From a virus (taxonomy: Duplodnaviria > Heunggongvirae > Uroviricota > Caudoviricetes), in the IMG/VR virus record IMGVR_UViG_3300042472_000628, positions 1-37,454 of that record: 37,454 bases of DNA, one strand, 5' to 3'. The notes below the pieces were generated by a model that was not told the origin of the DNA, searched no databases, and worked only from the letters and a program-made list of their open reading frames with translations. The position numbers and the translations under genes are program-made. This document shows, one piece after another, positions 27,949 through 34,985 of this stretch (its first letter is position 1; every line of letters starts with the position of its first letter).

Positions 27949-29163
27949 ATGGCAGCTAACGATTACATAAGAACGGTAAATATCACACCATTGAGTACTA
28001 GTTACTCTTGGGATACACCACCGAGTTGGATCACTATTAATAGAATAGGTACATCTGATGATTGGACTATAACTATTGCCGCTAATAGTGGTATAGCTAG
28101 AAATGCTACGTTAACCGTTAGACATGCTAATACAACTACAGTTGATACAATTAATGTTTCTCAAAGTGCTGGAATTGTAGTACCAACTGCAACACCAATC
28201 GTACCAACTGCAACACCAATTCCACCGACACCAACACCAACTTCACCAGCAGGTGCAGGTTACTCTTTATCTTTTGTTGACTCTAGTTTTACTATAGATG
28301 ATTATACTTTTGGTGGAAATACTTATGTAGACTTAAATTATAATATTACTGGTGCTACAACTCCACCGACATTAGTACAAAAATCAGTATATCTGGATTG
28401 GACAAATCGTTCTGGACCAACTGGAGGTGTAGGTACAATTAGATTATATAGTTTATTACCGCCTGCAGAATTACCAGTTAGTATGCAAATGTTGCCTATT
28501 TTTACGCTTGCACATCCATTAGATAGTGGTGTAACTGCTTCTATTCCTGGTTATATAATTCAAGCACAAGATGAATTAATTATTAGAAATCCAGATCCAA
28601 CATCAGTTCCTAGTCCAACAACACCACCATCTACTGGCGGCGGTGGCGGCGGTGGCGGATGTTTAATTGGAGGAACTAAAATTACTTTATCTGATGGTTC
28701 ATTAATAAACATTGAAAATCTTAATGTTGGTCAAAAATTAATGGCGACTGTTTTTGGAAATATGCCAAACACTGATGATGTTACAACGTTAAAATCTTGG
28801 ACAGAAATTAATCCTTCTATATCAAGTACTGAATCTGAATTAGTTTCAATTAAAGCATATGAAGTTTCTAAAACTTATAATTTCAATAACGGTTTAATAG
28901 TATCTTCAGGAGATCATTTACATATAGTTAAAGTTAATGATTCAACATGGACTGTATTAGAGGCTGAAAATATTAAAATTGGTGACAAGTTCATGACAAT
29001 AAAAGGTGAAGTACTTATAGGAACAATAACAGAAGATCATAACATCACAACTGTTTACAAATTAGATGTTGAACCTAATGACACTTATATTGCTAACGGA
29101 GTGGTTACACATAACTTGAAAGATGAAACACTAAATCCAGTCGAGGATGTTAGACAACAATAA
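27949..29163 (+). CDS. BACON - PT linker - Ig-like - Gly8 - Hint (intein-like) domain protein
   Basis: N-terminus paralogous to the 27338 gene; Hint blocks CLIGGTKITLSDGSLINIENLNVGQ (A), SSGDH (B), VYKLDVEPNDTYIANG (F), VVTHN (G). Confidence 0.85.
   Translation: MAANDYIRTVNITPLSTSYSWDTPPSWITINRIGTSDDWTITIAANSGIARNATLTVRHANTTTVDTINVSQSAGIVVPTATPIVPTATPIPPTPTPTSPAGAGYSLSFVDSSFTIDDYTFGGNTYVDLNYNITGATTPPTLVQKSVYLDWTNRSGPTGGVGTIRLYSLLPPAELPVSMQMLPIFTLAHPLDSGVTASIPGYIIQAQDELIIRNPDPTSVPSPTTPPSTGGGGGGGGCLIGGTKITLSDGSLINIENLNVGQKLMATVFGNMPNTDDVTTLKSWTEINPSISSTESELVSIKAYEVSKTYNFNNGLIVSSGDHLHIVKVNDSTWTVLEAENIKIGDKFMTIKGEVLIGTITEDHNITTVYKLDVEPNDTYIANGVVTHNLKDETLNPVEDVRQQ
28660..29115 (+). other. Hint domain (Cys238-Asn389, 152 aa), no endonuclease, +1 residue is Leu
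   Basis: Cys1 directly follows Gly8 (28636-28659); ends His-Asn, then a 15-aa tail LKDETLNPVEDVRQQ. Confidence 0.88.
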
Positions 29164-29173
29164 ATTTAAATAA

Positions 29174-29986
29174 ATGGAAATTAAAAACAATTTAAAACAA
29201 TTTTTTTCAAATAAGAGTCTAGTTATTTTTGTAGCTGGTGCTCTTTTTGTTTTGTTGTTTTTAAGACAATGTAATCAGATAGATAATTTAAAAGCTAAAG
29301 TTGAGATGACTGAAAAGGATTCTCAAAGAAACTTTAATAATTATTTAGCTTCTAAAGATTCAGTAAGAATTGTGGTTGCTAAGAATGGTAATTTGATTAG
29401 TGAAAAAAGAAGTTATGAGTTTGATCTTAATGATTTAAAAGGAGATCAAAAAGAATTAATTGAAAAATACAAAGAAGCTTTAAATTTAAATAGAAACTTA
29501 AATAAAGTAAATACTTTATTAACAGCTGACTTAAAAATAAAAGACACATTTGTAGCAGGTACTAGTACTACTAAAATAGACTCGATAAATACTAAAATTA
29601 AGTTTAGTAAATTTGATGATTTTGGAAAAGGTAATTCTAGAGATCTTTCAGGGGAAATGCTAATCACGAAAAACGGTACAGATTTTAAATACAGTGATGC
29701 CACGTTCTCTATTAACCATAAGATTAATTTAATGGCTGCGATAGAAAATATTGATGGAGCTGATCAATTAAAAATTTCAACTTCTTACCCAGGTTTATCG
29801 TTTGACAATATAGAAAATATAAACCTAATTAATACTAAATTAAATCAAAAGCCTGTTAAAAAAGGTGGTTTTGCAATTGGTATTGGTTTAGGATATGGAA
29901 TAAATTTAAATAATAATCAAATAATAAGTACTGGTCCATCAATAGGTCTTGGACTTTACTACTCACCGAAGTGGTTAAGATTTTAA
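29174..29986 (+). CDS. Membrane-anchored spanin-like protein (N-terminal TM, coiled coil, C-terminal Gly/aromatic beta-hairpin)
   Basis: LVIFVAGALFVLLFLRQC TM; helical middle; KKGGFAIGIGLGYG...GPSIGLGLYYSPKWLRF, an architecture I associate with Bacteroidota phages. Confidence 0.5.
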   Translation: MEIKNNLKQFFSNKSLVIFVAGALFVLLFLRQCNQIDNLKAKVEMTEKDSQRNFNNYLASKDSVRIVVAKNGNLISEKRSYEFDLNDLKGDQKELIEKYKEALNLNRNLNKVNTLLTADLKIKDTFVAGTSTTKIDSINTKIKFSKFDDFGKGNSRDLSGEMLITKNGTDFKYSDATFSINHKINLMAAIENIDGADQLKISTSYPGLSFDNIENINLINTKLNQKPVKKGGFAIGIGLGYGINLNNNQIISTGPSIGLGLYYSPKWLRF

Positions 29987-29999
29987 AATAATATAAATA

Positions 30000-32063
30000 A
30001 TGGCACAATCATCAAGATATTTTTACTTAGACTCAGACATTTTATTAGAGTTTATTTACCACGATCAAAGTAATCCTTCTAAATATCAAATAGAGGTTGA
30101 TGAAAATGGTAGCGAGGTAAAATTCTTAGATACAATTAAGGGTGATCCTTTCAGTCAAAGACATTTGATTAGTGAGTTAGGTAGTGCTGTTGTAAACTTT
30201 GATGTTACAGAAACTAGTGGTTATTTGTCAGTTGAGAATTTTGCAGCTAGAACTCTTTTACTACAAAATGGTAAAACATATAAATTTAATTTAAGTGCAT
30301 TAACAAACCCTAGTTTATTTACTATAAGTGGTGCACTTGGAATTTATTCATATTCTAGCACTACTCAAATTGGTCAATTTACTCCTGTACAAAATGGTAC
30401 AGTTGATTATTCATATGAAGGTTTAAAAGGCGGAAAGATAATTGTTGACGCTAGAGCTAATCCTTTATTTGCAAATCCTGATGAAAATACAGGAAATGAT
30501 ATTAATCAAACTATCGGTAGATACCATGCAGTACAAACTGATTCTACTGCAACGAAATACGCTTTATTAGGATATGATTCTACTGGAGATTATGACATGC
30601 ATAATTATATTAATAATAATATAGATTGGGCTGGAGGAAATGAAACAGATCTTTTAAATTACCAAACTAATGCTACTGCTAATATTAATTTTATCAAGTA
30701 TGATAGTATTAGACTTCACTTAAGAAGTGGTTACAGTTTTTCTGCAAGAGGATATGAAGGATTTTTATTTCAAGTTGCTGCTAAAAGAACTGGAGGCGTA
30801 AGAAATTACTTAACACAATTAGTTTACTTAAACACTAGTAACTACGAATATTCAAATCCTAAACCATTTATTTTAGGAGAAACTTTATATAGTAAGTTTA
30901 TTGATATAAAAATACCTACACTAGTAAATCAAAACAGCGAGTTTGATGATTTATTTTATGGAGATGGTACATTAGGATCTAGTGATTTAAATCCTACTGC
31001 AAATTATGAACTTACATTTAAGTTAATAAATAATTTGGAAACTTTTAATGGTTATGATTATTTTACAACTAAAGAGGAAAATAAGTTTACTGTTTCGAGA
31101 GAAGATGAATTTCAAGATTTTACAGTAGTAGTTGAAGATGCAACAGACGGAGATTATTTTAGAATATATGGTGAAAAAGACAATTCAATTGGAGCATTCG
31201 AAGCTTATATTTTAAATCAAATTACAAAAACTTCTGATGATATTATTGTAATGTTTGACGTTGATGTTTTTGAAAGCATAGGAACCTCAGAAGTTAAAAC
31301 TTTCCAAACAACCTATACACAATACGAAGATTTTAATACGCCGATTGTTTTTAGACCTGTTATTATTAATAGTAACATAGCTTCTAGTTTCTCAATTGAT
31401 ATAACTATGAGAATATGGAATCAAACCGATAATACACAAATTGTAAAACGTGCAAGTTTGTCAATTGATCAAGCTGCTAAATATGGTAAAAGATTACAGA
31501 AACTTAAAATTGATTCACCAAATCAATTAACTGAAATTTATAATGTTCTACCACAAATGGCTTCAAATAAAATTGTTGCTGGTATATTTACTGATAATTT
31601 ACCAAGAAGCGTTAAATATGTACCTGCATTTGTAGAGAGACATAATGTAATTGCTACTAGTGCCACTGTTAGATTCGATACTAGTAATGAGAACATAATG
31701 ACACAGAATATTAATGAAGTTGATACCTCTAGTTTTAAAACAGAGGGCGAATTAGTTATTAAAGTTCCTCCATTTACATCTTATTACAAATTTGTTGTTG
31801 CTAAAAGAAAAGAAGACGATATAGAATTTATATCTTTTGCTAATACTGAAAATGTTGTAATGACATTTAGTGATGGAAATCAAAAGCTAAAATTCAATCA
31901 TGTTTCTAATAAAGACATTAATATGGGTGAAGGTGAATTACTATTTAAAATTAGTGAAGCTAATGCAAATACTATAAGAGGTATGAAAAACAATACATTT
32001 TATATTAGTGTTAATAATGGAATAGACGAAAACATGATTTTGTCTGGTAAATTTATGATTTAA
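30000..32063 (+). CDS. Hypothetical virion structural protein (687 aa)
   Basis: Long beta-rich acidic ORF in the late module; TATAAATA immediately upstream. Confidence 0.55.
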   Translation: MAQSSRYFYLDSDILLEFIYHDQSNPSKYQIEVDENGSEVKFLDTIKGDPFSQRHLISELGSAVVNFDVTETSGYLSVENFAARTLLLQNGKTYKFNLSALTNPSLFTISGALGIYSYSSTTQIGQFTPVQNGTVDYSYEGLKGGKIIVDARANPLFANPDENTGNDINQTIGRYHAVQTDSTATKYALLGYDSTGDYDMHNYINNNIDWAGGNETDLLNYQTNATANINFIKYDSIRLHLRSGYSFSARGYEGFLFQVAAKRTGGVRNYLTQLVYLNTSNYEYSNPKPFILGETLYSKFIDIKIPTLVNQNSEFDDLFYGDGTLGSSDLNPTANYELTFKLINNLETFNGYDYFTTKEENKFTVSREDEFQDFTVVVEDATDGDYFRIYGEKDNSIGAFEAYILNQITKTSDDIIVMFDVDVFESIGTSEVKTFQTTYTQYEDFNTPIVFRPVIINSNIASSFSIDITMRIWNQTDNTQIVKRASLSIDQAAKYGKRLQKLKIDSPNQLTEIYNVLPQMASNKIVAGIFTDNLPRSVKYVPAFVERHNVIATSATVRFDTSNENIMTQNINEVDTSSFKTEGELVIKVPPFTSYYKFVVAKRKEDDIEFISFANTENVVMTFSDGNQKLKFNHVSNKDINMGEGELLFKISEANANTIRGMKNNTFYISVNNGIDENMILSGKFMI

Positions 32064-32065
32064 TT

Positions 32066-32617
32066 ATGGTTCTTAATAGTAGAAATAATGCATTTGATTT
32101 TAGATTTCCAAGAGGATTTATACCTGCTGAAGTATCTGAAAAATATAAGAAGTATCTTAATAAGGTACCAGGTGGTTTATTATCAGAACCTGTTGATTTT
32201 GTAAATTACAGTATTCAAGGTATTAATATTCCTGGAATTTCATTTGAACCAGTTACACAAGAAGATAATGATGGAACTAAGAGATACCATCGAGGCGCAA
32301 TGCCAATTCAAAATACAATTAATAGAGAATTTACAGTAACCATGCAGTTATTAGATGGATTTATTAATTATTGGATTATGATGGATACTTTATTGTATTA
32401 TTATGCAAGGTCAACTAAACAAGCATATATTGATCCGTTAACTTTGAGAATACTTGATGCTGAAGGTGCATCTGTTGCATACATGGAATTTACTGATTGT
32501 ATTATGAATTCTATTAATGAATTAAGTTTGAATTTTGCAGAGAACGTTGCATCATTTAGTACATTTGAAGTTACGTTCTTCTATAATAAATTAAACCTTA
32601 GATTAGAGGTTGAATAA
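32066..32617 (+). CDS. gp3: Tail tube terminator / tail completion protein, gp3-like (tube-protein fold)
   Basis: VNYSIQGINIPGISF...EFTVTMQLLDGFINYW...FTDC...ELSLNF...FEVTFFY follows the gp3/gp19 pattern; 183 aa. Confidence 0.65.
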   Translation: MVLNSRNNAFDFRFPRGFIPAEVSEKYKKYLNKVPGGLLSEPVDFVNYSIQGINIPGISFEPVTQEDNDGTKRYHRGAMPIQNTINREFTVTMQLLDGFINYWIMMDTLLYYYARSTKQAYIDPLTLRILDAEGASVAYMEFTDCIMNSINELSLNFAENVASFSTFEVTFFYNKLNLRLEVE

Positions 32618-32623
32618 ATATCA

Positions 32624-32632
32624 GATATATAA
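32624..32632 (+). promoter_or_regulatory. Putative late promoter GATATATAA
   Basis: Exact motif 3 nt before the ATG at 32636. Confidence 0.5.
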
Positions 32633-32635
32633 CAT

Positions 32636-33004
32636 ATGAAAACATTTAATACTTACTTACTTGAAAACTCGGCTACTGAAAAAGAGTTACAACTTATCAA
32701 TGAGGGTTTACAACAAGAATGGACACCTGAATTAGAAGCTAAGATTGATGCAGCTTTAGAGTCATTTGCTCTAGAGTATCAAAAAGCTGATGGTACTTAT
32801 GATATTGAAAAACTTAATGAAGAGATTACTAATGAAGGTTTCTTTGGTTCTATTATCGGTGGTCTTACTGGATTTGCGTTAGGTAAATCAGTAGGTAAAA
32901 TGATAGCTAAGGTTTTAGGTATCGAAAAAGGTATTTTCTTTGACTTATTAACTTCAAGACTTGTTGGTGCTGCTTTAGGTGCTAGTCTTGGTAATAGAAT
33001 ATAA
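32636..33004 (+). CDS. Candidate internal head protein with acidic pro-region and C-terminal glycine-zipper hydrophobic helices
   Basis: MKTFNTYLLE resembles T4 capsid-targeting N-termini; (L/I/T)-x-E sites; GFFGSIIGGLTGFALG and GAALGASLG. Confidence 0.55.
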   Translation: MKTFNTYLLENSATEKELQLINEGLQQEWTPELEAKIDAALESFALEYQKADGTYDIEKLNEEITNEGFFGSIIGGLTGFALGKSVGKMIAKVLGIEKGIFFDLLTSRLVGAALGASLGNRI

Positions 33005-33655
33005 ATGAATTTTTTAGCAGTAGACTTTTCTTTGAATTCCCCTGGAATTTGCATATACAATGATAAGAGTAAGAAATATCATTTTATTAGTTACATGAAG
33101 CCTGGTACAGGCACTAAAGCAGAACAAAAACTTCAAGAAGAGTTATCTTTATTAAGTGATGTTACTCTTATTAATCAACCTGATTTTACAAATAACGAAA
33201 CTTTCTCAAGTGCAGAACTTCTTAAGGTTAAACGTTATGATAAAATGGCAGATGACATTATAAACCTTGTTTTACAAAATTCTTTTGATGGTGATGGGTT
33301 TACAATTGCATTTGAAGGAACTTCTTATGGTTCTAATGGTGGAACCAATAATATGATTGACATGGCGGCAGGTGCTGCAATCCTAAAACTAAAACTTTTG
33401 AAGACTCTTAATCCCGATGACATATTAACTGTGGCTCCAACTACTATTAAGAAGTTTGCTGGTAAGGGTAATATGAATAAGCTTCAATTGTTTGATTGCT
33501 TTCAACGAAACGTGAACGAAGACCCAATCTTGGCTAAAAGTCCTTTGTGGAAAATCGTTAAAGACCTTGAAGTTGGAAAGAAGATCCCGAAGCCTTTAGA
33601 TGACCTAGTTGATGCTTATTTTCTCGTTGCGTTCGTTGCAACCCCAAACACCTAA
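33005..33655 (+). CDS. ruvC: RuvC-like Holliday junction resolvase
   Basis: FLAVDFSLNSPG (Asp), IAFEGTSYGS (Glu), VAPTTIKKFAGKGNMNK, DDLVDAY (DxxDA). Confidence 0.85.
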   Translation: MNFLAVDFSLNSPGICIYNDKSKKYHFISYMKPGTGTKAEQKLQEELSLLSDVTLINQPDFTNNETFSSAELLKVKRYDKMADDIINLVLQNSFDGDGFTIAFEGTSYGSNGGTNNMIDMAAGAAILKLKLLKTLNPDDILTVAPTTIKKFAGKGNMNKLQLFDCFQRNVNEDPILAKSPLWKIVKDLEVGKKIPKPLDDLVDAYFLVAFVATPNT

Positions 33656-33680
33656 TCTTTCCTCTGGCGTAAAGACATAT

Positions 33681-33710
33681 TTTATATGCTAGTTGCGTAA
33701 AACTGTTTCA
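33681..33710 (-). promoter_or_regulatory. Putative promoter TGAAAC-N18-TATAAA on the minus strand (antisense to ruvC)
   Basis: Minus strand reads TGAAAC agttttacgcaactagca TATAAA; same two boxes as the plus-strand copies. Confidence 0.45.
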
Positions 33711-33743
33711 TTTTATTTGAAAAAAAATAAAAATAGTTCTCCA

Positions 33744-33771
33744 TGAAACAAAACTAAACTTAGATATATAA
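33744..33771 (+). promoter_or_regulatory. Putative promoter TGAAAC-N17-TATAA overlapping the late motif GATATATAA (33763-33771)
   Basis: Same boxes and spacing as 33995-34022. Confidence 0.55.
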
Positions 33772-33809
33772 TAAGTATACTATTAAAGTAGTAACATAAG
33801 GCAAAAGAA

Positions 33810-34007
33810 ATGGCACAATTAGTTACAATCGATTTCATCCGACTAAACACAATCCTATATAAGATGGTTGTAAATGGTCAACTCTCAAATGAAGAGCGTG
33901 AAGCATTACTACACAAGTCAGGGCTACTTAAGCTTACGGATACTTGTTGGATTGAAGACGAAAATTCTACATTAACATTTCCTTTTCCTGAAGTTGAAAC
34001 TTTTTAG
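33810..34007 (+). CDS. Hypothetical protein (65 aa)
   Basis: A-rich leader, downstream of a promoter motif, fills the gap before gp32. Confidence 0.6.
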   Translation: MAQLVTIDFIRLNTILYKMVVNGQLSNEEREALLHKSGLLKLTDTCWIEDENSTLTFPFPEVETF

Positions 34008-34022
34008 AGTATACGATTATAA
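33995..34022 (+). promoter_or_regulatory. Putative promoter TGAAAC-N17-TATAA for gp32
   Basis: TGAAAC 33995-34000 and TATAA 34018-34022. Confidence 0.55.
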
Positions 34023-34028
34023 GTATTA

Positions 34029-34066
34029 TAAACAATTTAATAATTTAAACAAACTAAACAATTTAA
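34029..34066 (+). repeat. 12-nt direct repeat TAAACAATTTAA x2 in the gp32 leader
   Basis: Copies at 34029-34040 and 34055-34066, with AATTTAAA between. Confidence 0.7.
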
Positions 34067-34070
34067 AGGT

Positions 34071-34985
34071 ATGAGTGATTCATTTGACATTTTTAACTTA
34101 GGTGTAGAAGACGTAGAAACACACCAAGTAACAACAAGTACTTCTTCAAACGAAGTGTACAAACCAACCGCAGACGATGGTAAAGATGGAACTTACAAAG
34201 CATTAGTGCGATTTGTTCCAAACCCTGAAAACCCTCGTAATTCCCTAATTCAAAAATATGTGCACTGGATGACAAATTCAAGTGGTGATGGTAAACTAGT
34301 TGATAGTCCATCTACTATTGGTGAAAAGTGTCCTATTGCAGATGTGTTTTGGAAACTACGTAAATCAGATTCAGCTGTTGACCGTAAGGCATCAGAGAAA
34401 TTGAAAAGACGTCAACAGTATTATGCTTTGATTAAGATCATTAAAGATCCACAAAACCCAGAATTAGAAGGACAATACAAAGTCTTCAAATTTGGTTACA
34501 AAATCAAAGAGAAAATAGACGCAGAATTGAAACCAGACTTTGGTGAACCAACACAAGTATTCGACCTTTTTGAAGGTAAGAACTTTGAATTGATCATTAC
34601 ACGTCAAGGTGACTTCAACAACTACGACAAATCTAAATTCTCAGCTAGTAAATCAGCTATCATTATGGGCGATGCACCTGCAGAACGTAATAAAGAGACG
34701 ATGACTACTATCAAAGCAGAATTAGACACAGCACCTTCATTAAAAAGTTACGATTATCAAGCATGGGACGAAGAAACTCGATCATTTGTAAATGATGTAT
34801 TGAGAATGTATTTAAACCCAGGTGATTCAATCGGTGAGATGACTTCAAGTGCTCCTAAGAAAGCTACTAAAAGCACAAGCTCTGTAGCTGAAATGGAAGC
34901 TCCAGCGAAAGCAAAAACAGAATCAACATCAAATGTATCAAATGACGATGACTTAGATTCTTTTTTGAATGACCTCGACATCTAA
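34071..34985 (+). CDS. gp32: Single-stranded DNA-binding protein, T4 gp32-like
   Basis: ALVRFVP, STIGEKCPI, IIKDPQNPELEGQYKVFKFGYKIKEKI, VFDLFEGKNF, NYDKSKF; acidic tail DDDLDSFLNDLDI. Confidence 0.93.
   Translation: MSDSFDIFNLGVEDVETHQVTTSTSSNEVYKPTADDGKDGTYKALVRFVPNPENPRNSLIQKYVHWMTNSSGDGKLVDSPSTIGEKCPIADVFWKLRKSDSAVDRKASEKLKRRQQYYALIKIIKDPQNPELEGQYKVFKFGYKIKEKIDAELKPDFGEPTQVFDLFEGKNFELIITRQGDFNNYDKSKFSASKSAIIMGDAPAERNKETMTTIKAELDTAPSLKSYDYQAWDEETRSFVNDVLRMYLNPGDSIGEMTSSAPKKATKSTSSVAEMEAPAKAKTESTSNVSNDDDLDSFLNDLDI

Noticed and set aside
18543-28248. CRISPR array or diversity-generating retroelement TR/VR pair
   Set aside because: Repeats are in-frame coding PT/Gly tracts without unique spacers. 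The BACON paralogues differ at all base types, not only adenines, and no reverse transcriptase is in the window.
28660-29115. Selfish splicing intein or mobile element
   Set aside because: No homing endonuclease, +1 residue is Leu, and it is near the C-terminus of a variable accessory protein rather than in a conserved enzyme motif.
33656-33809. tRNA or known structured RNA family in the largest intergenic gap
   Set aside because: No cloverleaf or T-loop (GTTCRA) signature or other recognisable family; the gap is accounted for by promoter motifs and A/T tracts.
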